The notes under the pieces were generated by a model. It did not search any database. It worked only from the letters and a program-made list of their open reading frames with translations, and was not told the origin of the DNA. From NCBI GenBank assembly GCA_040007635.1, contig JBDTUR010000001.1:9205-73204 (forward strand): a stretch of DNA of 64,000 bases. Direction: 5' to 3'. Shown piece by piece: positions 54,530-63,272 of this stretch (position 1 is its first letter; each line of letters starts with the position of its first letter). The stretch is from Chloroflexota bacterium (lineage in GTDB: Bacteria; Chloroflexota; Limnocylindria; Limnocylindrales; CSP1-4). Position numbers and translations under genes: made by a program.

Positions 54530-57500
54530 TCACGGCGTCGTCACGACGAAATCGTCGAAGCTGACCGTAATCGGCCAGTTGGCGATGCTGTCCACATAAG
54601 CACGCACGCCGACCGCGCCGGCAGTCTGGAGCACAGCAACCGAGTTGGTTGCGGTGAACTGCCACGCGCTCGGCTCGGTCTGACCGTCCGCCCAAACGCG
54701 GAGCCTAATCGTGGTCGGGCTGGCGCCGGTGATCTCAGCGCGTAGCCACAGCCAGGAATTGGCGCTGTAGGTCAGGCCGGGCACGACGACCGCTGGCGCG
54801 ATTGACGACTCTGACCCATTGACTACGGCGCCGGCATGGACCATTACGCTGCCGTTGGAGTTGATGATCAGCTTGGGCCGGTAGGCGCTGTTAGCGTTGC
54901 CCCGCACCTCGCCGTAGACGTACAGCTGGTGACCAGTGCTGGGCAGCTTGTTGGCGCGCACTCGGAAGAGCACCTTGACGTCCCTGGCGCTGGCGTTGTT
55001 GAGCCGCGTGGCTCGGGTTGTCCCGCCGCTGGGTAGCACGATGTTGCCCACCCCCGCGCCAACGCTGAAGTTGGTTGCCGTGCCGTCAAGTGTGTAGGCG
55101 CCGCCCAGAGTGGCTGAACCCCATCCGTTGGAGACGGTGCGCGTGAAGGAGTCGTTCGCAATGGCGGCGGACGACGGCTGCTGCACACCGACGGTCTTGG
55201 TGACGCTGTTCGAGCCACCGCCGTTGCCTGCCGTAAGGGTGACGCCGTATGTTCCCGGAGCAGCGTACGAATGCGACGGATTCCGAGTCGTTGAGGAGGC
55301 GCCGTCGCCGAAATCCCAGTTCCACGAGGTCGGCGAATTGGTCGAGGCGTCATCGAAGTTGACGCTCAGCGTGCCCTGCTGCTGGCTGAACGCAAAGTCG
55401 GCCACCGGCGGCGGTGGTGACCCACTACTGGCCGTTGCCCAGACCGGCGCCGAGGGTATCGATTCGTTCCCAGCACCGTCGAGGGCGGTTACAACATAGC
55501 GATATTCGGTCCCGTTCAGCGCCGTGGTGTCGACGAAGCTCGGCTGACCCAGCAGAGCACCGTTGAGTGGACCGGTCGTGGTGACTGCCCCGCGCGAGTC
55601 GTGGCACGCTTTGCTGCCCGTGTCGGTGAACGTCTTGCCCGCCTGGGGCATCCACTGCCAGTCATATGCAGCAGATCGCAGCGTCAACTTGAGCACGCCA
55701 TAGGAATCGTCGTTTCGAACCTCGCTGTTGGCAGTCGGCGTGCCCATTGAAGCGTGGCTCTCGCCACCCGTGCCCACGACGAATTGGCGGATACCTCGGA
55801 CGGTATCAAGCGCGCCGAGATAAGTCTGCGGCGCGAAGCGTTCGTAATTGTGTGTATGGCCTGTGAGCACCAGGTCCGCGCTGCCCTCGTAGAGCGCCTT
55901 GAACAGCGGCCGCACATACTCGCTCGGCGTGTGGGACGTCCCCGAAGTGAAGAGGGGCTCGTGCCAGATGGCCAAGGTGCAGGTATTGGTATGACTTGCA
56001 AGCTGGACTCTCAGCCACTGTTCCTGTGCCGATCCGGCATAGCAGCCGCCAACGTACGAGCACTCGCTGTTGAGTACCAAGACGAGCCACGAGCCCAACT
56101 GAAAGCTGTAGTAGCCCTTGTCACGGTCGCCGGCAATCGCGCCGAAGTAGTCGAAGTAACCGGCGGCCCCTGGGGTGTTGTACTCGTGATTGCCGATCGT
56201 CGGAAACGTGCGCGCCCAGTGGCGCCCCCAGGATGGCTGATAACACTGCCGGAACTCGTTGAGCGCGCCGTTGTCATAGACGTTGTCGCCGCTTGTCCAC
56301 ACCCAACCGGTGACATTGTCGAGCAGCTGCGCAGTGGCCTCATCGCCCGCTGTGCCGCAGCCCGCGATGTCTCCCGCGCCAGTGAAGGTCTGCGGGGAGA
56401 CGCTGGGCACCCCATCTCGATAGACTCGGTATCCGGCCGCGCCGGCAACCGGTTGCCATGACAGTTGGATCTGACCGTCCCCAGGAGTCGCCGTAAGCCC
56501 AAGCGGGCTCCCCGGCGGCGCCAACGGTGGGTCGACTGTCATCGTCCGCGTCACCTCGTCCGAGCCGGCGCCGTTCGACGCGACCAGCGTGACGAGGTAA
56601 GTCCCCGATGTGGCGTACGTATGCGTGGCGTTCTGAGAGCTCGAAGCCTGGCCATCGCCGAAGTCCCACGACCACGATGTGGGTCCGCCGGTGGAGGTGT
56701 CGGCAAACCGAAGCTCGCGCGACCAGGGCAGCTGCGCATGGTCGAAGTCCGCCGTCGGCGCAACTGGAGGACTTGATTGCGGTGGCGTTGCCAGGTAGTC
56801 GTCGAAGCCGAAAGTGACTGGCGCGTTGGTGGCACTGCTGCTGTTGTAGGCGCGAAGTCCGACGCTGCCCGACGACTGCAGCGCCGCGGACGAGTCGGCG
56901 GCGACGAACGTCCAGCCAACCGGTTCAGGTTGTCCATCGGGCCACACCCGACTGCGAATCGTGGTCGGATTGGTGCCCTCGAACTGTGCGCGGAACCAGT
57001 ACCACGTGTTGGCGCTGTGGGACAACCCTGGGATTTGCGTCCAGTTGCCAAATCCGGTGCCTGCACCGTTCAGCACGCGCTGCGCACGCAAGCTGATACT
57101 GCGGTCCGACGCAAAGAGGATCTGAGCGCTGTATTCGGAATTGCTGGCCAGGTGTCGCCGAGCAACCACGTATCCGATCTGCCCGGCTCCCGTAGCGATC
57201 TTGGACGTTCGGACACGTACGACCACATCCACGTCCAGGGCTGACACGGCTTCCAACGTTGCCGCCCTCGCGGCTCCGGCTGTCGGCAGAGCGACCAGGC
57301 CTGTCGACCCATCGGCCGAAAAGCTCGACGATCCGGCGTGGGTGTAGCTGCCGCCGACGTCGGCGGTACCCCAACCGCCGCTCGCGACCCGCGAGTAACT
57401 GTCAGCAGCGAATGTGACACCGGTGGACGCCTGGCCGCCAGTGGCCGGCGGCCCGGTTACCAAGGCCTGCGCGGCGGTCGCCGGCAAGCCAAGACCCAGA

Positions 57501-57616
57501 ACGACTGCGATCGCTATGGCCTGAAAGACCCGGGTCGTCCGGATTGCCTGGCTCCTCAACCCCGTCTCCCTATCAACCTGGCGTGGGGATGCCGATGGTA
57601 TCTCCTCCGATGGCAA
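54530..57616 (-). CDS. Secreted multidomain protein (about 1000 aa). Order: novel domain, PKD, Fn3, purple-acid-phosphatase-like metallophosphoesterase, Fn3-like, PKD, novel domain.
   Basis: Metallophos motifs GDNVYDNG, GNHEY, GHTHNYERF; Fn3 (LSWQPVAGAAGYRVYRDG); PKD x2; two novel-domain copies. The true start is probably downstream of 57616 (signal VFQAIAIAVVLGLGLPATAAQA). Confidence 0.75.
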   Translation of the reverse strand: MPSEEIPSASPRQVDRETGLRSQAIRTTRVFQAIAIAVVLGLGLPATAAQALVTGPPATGGQASTGVTFAADSYSRVASGGWGTADVGGSYTHAGSSSFSADGSTGLVALPTAGAARAATLEAVSALDVDVVVRVRTSKIATGAGQIGYVVARRHLASNSEYSAQILFASDRSISLRAQRVLNGAGTGFGNWTQIPGLSHSANTWYWFRAQFEGTNPTTIRSRVWPDGQPEPVGWTFVAADSSAALQSSGSVGLRAYNSSSATNAPVTFGFDDYLATPPQSSPPVAPTADFDHAQLPWSRELRFADTSTGGPTSWSWDFGDGQASSSQNATHTYATSGTYLVTLVASNGAGSDEVTRTMTVDPPLAPPGSPLGLTATPGDGQIQLSWQPVAGAAGYRVYRDGVPSVSPQTFTGAGDIAGCGTAGDEATAQLLDNVTGWVWTSGDNVYDNGALNEFRQCYQPSWGRHWARTFPTIGNHEYNTPGAAGYFDYFGAIAGDRDKGYYSFQLGSWLVLVLNSECSYVGGCYAGSAQEQWLRVQLASHTNTCTLAIWHEPLFTSGTSHTPSEYVRPLFKALYEGSADLVLTGHTHNYERFAPQTYLGALDTVRGIRQFVVGTGGESHASMGTPTANSEVRNDDSYGVLKLTLRSAAYDWQWMPQAGKTFTDTGSKACHDSRGAVTTTGPLNGALLGQPSFVDTTALNGTEYRYVVTALDGAGNESIPSAPVWATASSGSPPPPVADFAFSQQQGTLSVNFDDASTNSPTSWNWDFGDGASSTTRNPSHSYAAPGTYGVTLTAGNGGGSNSVTKTVGVQQPSSAAIANDSFTRTVSNGWGSATLGGAYTLDGTATNFSVGAGVGNIVLPSGGTTRATRLNNASARDVKVLFRVRANKLPSTGHQLYVYGEVRGNANSAYRPKLIINSNGSVMVHAGAVVNGSESSIAPAVVVPGLTYSANSWLWLRAEITGASPTTIRLRVWADGQTEPSAWQFTATNSVAVLQTAGAVGVRAYVDSIANWPITVSFDDFVVTTP

Positions 57617-57829
57617 ATCCGTCCTATGCGGACCCCCGCTTGCGCAAGTTGGGGTGATTGATGGCTAAGGGCCGCACGAGCACCCGCTGAAGGGTTGACA
57701 GTTGGCAACGGCGACCGCTGGGCGTGAAGAATGGCGGGGCCTCTCGCCTCGACAGTGCCACCCAATGGCGCTAGCCTCCCGGCTCGTTGGGACTACCCTG
57801 CGCCGTAAGTCAACCAACCAGGGACCGAC

Positions 57830-58864
57830 ATGACCACTCTCATCCGAGCCAAGGCGCCTCTACGCATCAGCTTTGCCGGCGGCGGCACGGATGTTTCACC
57901 TTTTCCCCAGATGGAAGGCGGCTGTGTGCTCAGCTCCACCATCGATCGTTACGCATGGGGCACTCTCCGGCCACGCAGCGACGGTCAGATCCGCATCGAA
58001 TCGCTCGACTTTGGCGTCTCCCTCAGTTATGGCTCGCGCGAGGCGCTGACCTACGACGGCCAGATGGATCTGCCCAAGGCAGCAATCAAGCGCCTCGCGG
58101 GCGATCACCAGGGCGGTTACGACCTGTTTCTTCATACGGACGCGCCGCCTGGATCGGGCCTCGGCTCATCGTCGGCGATGATGGTCGCTTTGGTTGGCCT
58201 ACTCAAGGATTTCCACGGACTCCCGTTGACCGACTATGAAGTCGCCGAACTGGCGTACGCCATCGAGCGGGTCGACCTGGGGATCCAAGGCGGTATGCAG
58301 GATCAGTACGCGGCGGCGTTCGGCGGCTTCAATTTCATCGAGTTCCTGAGCGACCGCGTCGTCGTCAATTCGCTCAAGATCAGTCCCGACATCGCCAACG
58401 AGCTCGAGTACAACATGTTGCTCTGTGACACGGGGCGGGTGCGACTGTCCGCGCACATCATCGAGGATCAGGTGCGTCGCTACGAGGACCGCGACGCTGA
58501 CACCATCTCCGCGTTGCGCGACCTTAAGGCGCTGACGACAGAGATGAAGAACGCGCTGCTGCGCCGGAATCTGGACGAATTCGGGGCACTACTAGACCTT
58601 GAGTGGCAGCACAAGAAGCGGATGTCGAACCGAATCTCGAGCCCGGAGCTGGACGAGCTGTATGACATCGCCCGACGCGAGGGTGCGCTGGGCGGCAAAA
58701 TCACCGGCGCTGGCGGCGGGGGCTACATGCTCCTGTATTGCCGCTTCGACCGCAAGCACGCCGTGGCGCAGAGGCTACGCAGCCTGGGCTGCGAGATCCA
58801 GAAGGTGGCGCTCGAACCCCTGGGACTCCAGACATGGCGCGTCAACGGAGCCGATGGCGACTGA
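57830..58864 (+). CDS. hddA: GHMP-family sugar kinase, D-glycero-alpha-D-manno-heptose 7-phosphate kinase (HddA-like)
   Basis: LRISFAGGGTD and PPGSGLGSSSAMMVAL GHMP motifs. Sits with gmhA/gmhB/hddC. Confidence 0.75.
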   Translation: MTTLIRAKAPLRISFAGGGTDVSPFPQMEGGCVLSSTIDRYAWGTLRPRSDGQIRIESLDFGVSLSYGSREALTYDGQMDLPKAAIKRLAGDHQGGYDLFLHTDAPPGSGLGSSSAMMVALVGLLKDFHGLPLTDYEVAELAYAIERVDLGIQGGMQDQYAAAFGGFNFIEFLSDRVVVNSLKISPDIANELEYNMLLCDTGRVRLSAHIIEDQVRRYEDRDADTISALRDLKALTTEMKNALLRRNLDEFGALLDLEWQHKKRMSNRISSPELDELYDIARREGALGGKITGAGGGGYMLLYCRFDRKHAVAQRLRSLGCEIQKVALEPLGLQTWRVNGADGD

Positions 58865-59450
58865 CAAGCCCGGCCGGCGGGCGGTCTTCCTCGACCGCGA
58901 TGGGGTCATAAACCACAAGCCGCCCGATGGTGCATACGTTCGCTCGTGGTCCGAGTTCAGATTCCTGCCCGGTGCCCTCACGGCGCTGGCGGAGCTCCAC
59001 GCCAGCGGGGCTACTCTGCTGCTGGTGACAAATCAGCGCGGAGTCGCGCGCGGCCTGATCCGGCCTACCGATCTTGCGAAAATCCATGCCCAACTGGTCG
59101 CCGAACTGGCCGCCGTGGAGGTGCAGCTGGGCGGCATCTACGTCTGTCCCCACGATGCCGGCGAATGCGACTGCCGCAAGCCGGACGTGGGCCTCTTCCT
59201 GCGCGCCCAGCGCGAGCATCCCTGGATCTCTTTTCCGAACTCCGACCTGATCGGCGACTCGTTGACGGACCTAGAGGCCGGGCGGCGACTGGGCATGCGC
59301 TTATGGCTTGTGGGCGACAACGAGCATGCCGCTGCTACCGAACGCGACGCGCAAGCACGGGCCTACATCCTGGAGGGACGCGCACCGTCGCTGCTCGAGC
59401 TCGTTCGCCACGGCGGCCTGCTGTATGGCGCGGAAGGCAGCGGCCGATGA
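58854..59450 (+). CDS. gmhB: D,D-heptose 1,7-bisphosphate phosphatase (HAD superfamily, GmhB)
   Basis: AVFLDRDGVIN HAD motif I; CxC...C zinc site (CPHDAGECDCRKP). ATG at 58854 overlaps the hddA 3' end. Confidence 0.8.
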   Translation: MATDKPGRRAVFLDRDGVINHKPPDGAYVRSWSEFRFLPGALTALAELHASGATLLLVTNQRGVARGLIRPTDLAKIHAQLVAELAAVEVQLGGIYVCPHDAGECDCRKPDVGLFLRAQREHPWISFPNSDLIGDSLTDLEAGRRLGMRLWLVGDNEHAAATERDAQARAYILEGRAPSLLELVRHGGLLYGAEGSGR

Positions 59451-60610
59451 TCGGCAGGGACGGACGCAGGCGCAGCGTTGTCGTCGTCGGCTCGGGTACG
59501 CATTTCCTAAGCGGCATCAGCATCTACTCCGTGCGCCTGGCAAACGCCCTTGTCGAGCGCAACCGAGTGGGCCTGATCACCATGCGTCGCCTCATCCCGG
59601 CCAGGCTGTATCCGGGTTGGAAGCGGGTCGGGGCCGACCTGACCAAGTTGGACCGCGACCAGCGCGTGGCTGTCTTCGACGGCATCGATTGGTACTGGCT
59701 GCCGAGCATGCTGCGGGGGGCCTGGTTTCTGCTGGGTAGGCGACCGGACGTTGTCATCTTCGAGTGGTGGACCGGCACCGTCCTGCACAGCTATGTCGCG
59801 CTGGCCCTGCTGGCCAGGCTGTGGCGCGCCAAGGTCATTGTCGAGTTCCACGAGATCATTGCGACAGAGGAGCTGCGCATCGCGCCAGCTCGGCGCTACG
59901 TGCGGGCGGTGACGCCCATCATGATGCGTCTGGCTCATGCCTTCGCCGTCCACTCGGACTTTGACCGGCAGCTCGCCATCGATACATGGTCGGTGGGCAA
60001 CCGTCCGCTGGCTGTGCTGCCCCACGGCCCGCACGACCACTACCAGAGCGATGCCACGCGTCTGGAACGTTTGCGTGAAGCGCCCGACGAGACATTCAAC
60101 TTGCTCTTCTTCGGCGTCATCCGCCCCTACAAAGGCCTGGAGGACCTGGTGCGGGCCTTCGAGGCCATTCCGGAAGGTGAGATCGGGCGTTACTGGCTCA
60201 CGGTTGTCGGCGAGACATGGGAGGGCTGGGCACTGCCCTCGGAGTTGATCGCGCGTAGTCCTCGACGAGACCGCATCACGCTGATCAACCGCTACGTGAC
60301 CGACGCCGAGCTGCACGGTTATCTCAGGGGCTCAGACGCGGTCGTGCTGCCGTATCTGCGTTCCTCGCTCAGTGGGCCGCTCCACGTGGCCATGGGCTAT
60401 GGGCTGCCAATCGTCATGACGGACGTTGGCGGCAATGCCGAGGCTGCCAATGGCTACGAGGGGATCACGCTCGTTCCACCTGGCCAGCCCATGGCGCTCA
60501 TGGAAGCCATCAAGCGAGTGCCTGCGCTCGCTGGCAGGCGATTCGCACATCCCCACACGTGGGCACAGACGGCGGACGCGTATGAACGGCTGATTGAGCA
60601 GCTCGACTAA
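59447..60610 (+). CDS. Glycosyltransferase family 4 (retaining GT-B)
   Basis: C-terminal GT4 EX7E-like region (LPYLRSSLSGPLHVAMGYGLPIV). ATGA overlap with gmhB. Confidence 0.75.
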   Translation: MIGRDGRRRSVVVVGSGTHFLSGISIYSVRLANALVERNRVGLITMRRLIPARLYPGWKRVGADLTKLDRDQRVAVFDGIDWYWLPSMLRGAWFLLGRRPDVVIFEWWTGTVLHSYVALALLARLWRAKVIVEFHEIIATEELRIAPARRYVRAVTPIMMRLAHAFAVHSDFDRQLAIDTWSVGNRPLAVLPHGPHDHYQSDATRLERLREAPDETFNLLFFGVIRPYKGLEDLVRAFEAIPEGEIGRYWLTVVGETWEGWALPSELIARSPRRDRITLINRYVTDAELHGYLRGSDAVVLPYLRSSLSGPLHVAMGYGLPIVMTDVGGNAEAANGYEGITLVPPGQPMALMEAIKRVPALAGRRFAHPHTWAQTADAYERLIEQLD

Positions 60611-60691
60611 GGGTCAGTACACTTCGAGAGTGAGCAAGACCGAACGGATCACGGTTGGCACTGGCGAGAAAAGGGCGTCGGTAACGGCCGG

Positions 60692-61312
60692 GTGACGTCG
60701 ACGAGCGGCGAAGCCAGAGCTGACCTCGCCGAACACTTCCGCCGGCAGATCGAGGCAAGCGTCCAGGCGAAGAGTGCCCTGCTCGAGGACCTGGGCGAAT
60801 GTGTCGCCGTCGCCAGCGAACTGATCGACGCTTACCGCAGCGGACACGCCTTGCTCCTATTCGGCAACGGCGGCAGCGCCGCGGATGCACAGCACATCGC
60901 CGCCGAGTTCCTGGGTCACTTCTACCTCGAACGCCCGGGGGTGGCGGCCCACGCCCTGACGGTCAACACTTCGGCGCTAACTGCGATCTCGAATGACTAC
61001 TCCTTCGATGCCGTTTTCGCACGTCAGCTGGTGGCGATTGGCCGCGCCGGTGACGTGGCTGTAGGCATCTCGACCAGCGGCAACGCGGCCAACGTCATCG
61101 AGGGGCTGCGCGCAGCTCGCCGAGCGCGCATGGTCACTGTCGCGATGACCGGTGCTGACGGCGGCCGGGCGAAGGAAGAGGCGGACCACTGGGTGCGAGT
61201 TCCGTCGAACGACGTGGCCCGCATCCAGGAGAGCCACATCATGATCGGCCACATCTGGAGCGAGTTGGTCGAGGCCGCACTCTTCGGTCCCGAAAAAAGA
61301 CGCTCCGGCTAG
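60692..61312 (+). CDS. gmhA: D-sedoheptulose 7-phosphate isomerase (SIS domain, GmhA)
   Basis: LLFGNGGSAADAQHIAAEF..., SIS fold; 206 aa. Confidence 0.85.
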   Translation: MTSTSGEARADLAEHFRRQIEASVQAKSALLEDLGECVAVASELIDAYRSGHALLLFGNGGSAADAQHIAAEFLGHFYLERPGVAAHALTVNTSALTAISNDYSFDAVFARQLVAIGRAGDVAVGISTSGNAANVIEGLRAARRARMVTVAMTGADGGRAKEEADHWVRVPSNDVARIQESHIMIGHIWSELVEAALFGPEKRRSG

Positions 61313-62028
61313 CTCCGGGCTGCGACGCGCAGCAGTGGGCCGGGCGAGCGGTGAAGGCGCAGGTAGTCCTCTGGTACTCCGATGTCGACGAAAGCACCTT
61401 GGAAGGCCACCCCGTGAAGCCCGTGGCCGACCAGGGAGGGGAAAATCTCACGCTCGAGCGAAACCGGTCGATCGGGAGCGATGAGATCAAGGATCGTCCG
61501 TTCGAGCACGTATATCCCGCCGTTTATCATCGACCCTGCGTCTGCGTCGGCGGTCTTTTCGGAGAATTCCTCGATTCGCTCCCCTTCTCCCAGCCTTACG
61601 GTCCCGTAGCGCCTGGCGTTATCGACGCGAGCGAGAGCGATGGTCGCCATCGCCCCGCTGCCAACGTGGGAATGCACAGCCAGCCCTATGTCGATGTCAA
61701 AGAACGAATCGCCGTTCATAACCAACCAGCGATCACCGCTCAGGAGCGGCTCGGCGAACTTGATCGCCCCTGCGGTACCGCGCGCCTCCGGTTCCTGCGA
61801 GTAGCGCAGCTCCAGGCCCATTGATTCACCGCGTCCGAAGTGGGTCATCACGAGTTCTCCCAAATGCCCGGTGCAGAGCACGACCTTGCGATACCCCTGG
61901 CCTCGGAGTTGGATGAGCAGGTACTCGAGGAATGGGCGGCCCGCAATCTCGACCATGGGCTTGGGCAGGTCGCGTACCAAAGGGCCAAGGCGAGTGCCCA
62001 GGCCTCCGGCTAGGATGACCGCGTGCAC
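61309..62028 (-). CDS. hddC: Sugar-1-phosphate nucleotidyltransferase, D-glycero-alpha-D-manno-heptose 1-phosphate guanylyltransferase (HddC-like)
   Basis: MHAVILAGGLGTRLGPLVRDLPKPMV nucleotidyltransferase signature; 239 aa, no C-terminal isomerase domain. Confidence 0.75.
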   Translation of the reverse strand: MHAVILAGGLGTRLGPLVRDLPKPMVEIAGRPFLEYLLIQLRGQGYRKVVLCTGHLGELVMTHFGRGESMGLELRYSQEPEARGTAGAIKFAEPLLSGDRWLVMNGDSFFDIDIGLAVHSHVGSGAMATIALARVDNARRYGTVRLGEGERIEEFSEKTADADAGSMINGGIYVLERTILDLIAPDRPVSLEREIFPSLVGHGLHGVAFQGAFVDIGVPEDYLRLHRSPGPLLRVAARS

Positions 62029-62165
62029 TGCTGTCCTCCCAATGGTCCAACTCCGGCCAATGATTCTCCGTCCGCTGGCGTCATTGTGGCGCTCGTCGCG
62101 ATGCGCCGCGGCGAGCCGAGGGCAGGCGTGTCAGGGCGCTGACGGCGGACTGGCCGAATGAACAC

Positions 62166-63272
62166 ATGATCATGCCTACAGGGGTGCGGCTCCTCTTGGT
62201 CGCGCCCAACGCATTTCCGGTGATGGGCGGCCTGGAAACGCACCTCAACGAGGTGGCGCCGCGTATAGCGAGGGCCGGATTCGAAGTCACCATCCTGACC
62301 ACCGATCGGACCGGCCTGCTCCCAACGGCGGAGCTCCGCGATGGAGTCCGCATTGAGCGTGTGCGGGCCTACCCGTCGCGAAGTGACTACTACTTCGCCC
62401 CGGCCATTTACCGTCGAATAAGGCAGGGAAAATGGGACCTTCTCCACTGCCATGCATATCAGACGCTGGTCCCGCCACTGGCCATGCTCGCAGCAGCGCG
62501 GTCTGGCATTCCTTTCGTGGTGACGTTTCACAGTGGTGGTCACGGCTCACGACTTCGCAACCGCTTTCGTTCCACCCAGCTTCGACTGTTGAGCCCACTC
62601 CTCAGGCACGCCCGTCGTCTAATCGCGGTATCTGAGTTCGAAGCCTCGACCCTGCCTGCGAGACTGGGGGTCCCGGCGAGCAGATTCGTGATCATTCCCA
62701 ACGGCGCAGAGATCGAGTTGCCGGCCGATCAGCCGGCGCCTGCGGAGGATCCGGGCCTCGTCTTGTCGGTCGGTCGACTGGAACGGTACAAGGGCCATCA
62801 TCTGGTCATTGCCGCGTTACCGCACGTCCTCGCAGACATCCCGGACATTCATCTCCTGATCGTCGGCAGCGGGCCGTACGAGGCCGAGCTGCGGCGCTTG
62901 GCCGAATCGTATGAGGTGGCCGACCGCGTTGAGATACGCAGCATTCCACCCACAGATAGATCGGGCATGGCGTCAACGGTGGCACGCGCGGGTTTGGTCA
63001 CGTTGCTCAGCGCCTACGAAGGAAACCCCGTCTCGGTTATGGAGGCGCTCGCCCTGCGTCGTCGAGTTCTGGTCGCTGACACCTCAGGGTTGAGCGAGCT
63101 AGGCAGGCGTGGACTGGCTCACGTGATACCGCTTGACAGCTCGCCGACGGCAATCGCTCGCGCCATCGTGGAGCAACTGCGCTCGCCCGCTCCGGCAGAT
63201 TTCAGATTGCCGACCTGGGATGGTTGCGCCGCGAAGCTCGTCGAACTGTACAGGGACGTATTGACGGGCTGA
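62166..63272 (+). CDS. Glycosyltransferase family 4
   Basis: LLLVAPNAFPVMGGLETHLNEV N-terminal GT4 pattern; 368 aa. Confidence 0.75.
   Translation: MIMPTGVRLLLVAPNAFPVMGGLETHLNEVAPRIARAGFEVTILTTDRTGLLPTAELRDGVRIERVRAYPSRSDYYFAPAIYRRIRQGKWDLLHCHAYQTLVPPLAMLAAARSGIPFVVTFHSGGHGSRLRNRFRSTQLRLLSPLLRHARRLIAVSEFEASTLPARLGVPASRFVIIPNGAEIELPADQPAPAEDPGLVLSVGRLERYKGHHLVIAALPHVLADIPDIHLLIVGSGPYEAELRRLAESYEVADRVEIRSIPPTDRSGMASTVARAGLVTLLSAYEGNPVSVMEALALRRRVLVADTSGLSELGRRGLAHVIPLDSSPTAIARAIVEQLRSPAPADFRLPTWDGCAAKLVELYRDVLTG

Noticed and set aside
58599-59450. Longer listed ORF (283 aa) for the GmhB phosphatase, starting 255 nt upstream inside the kinase gene
   Set aside because: The HAD motif I (FLDRDGV) lies right after the internal ATG at 58854, and the upstream extension would overlap hddA in another frame.
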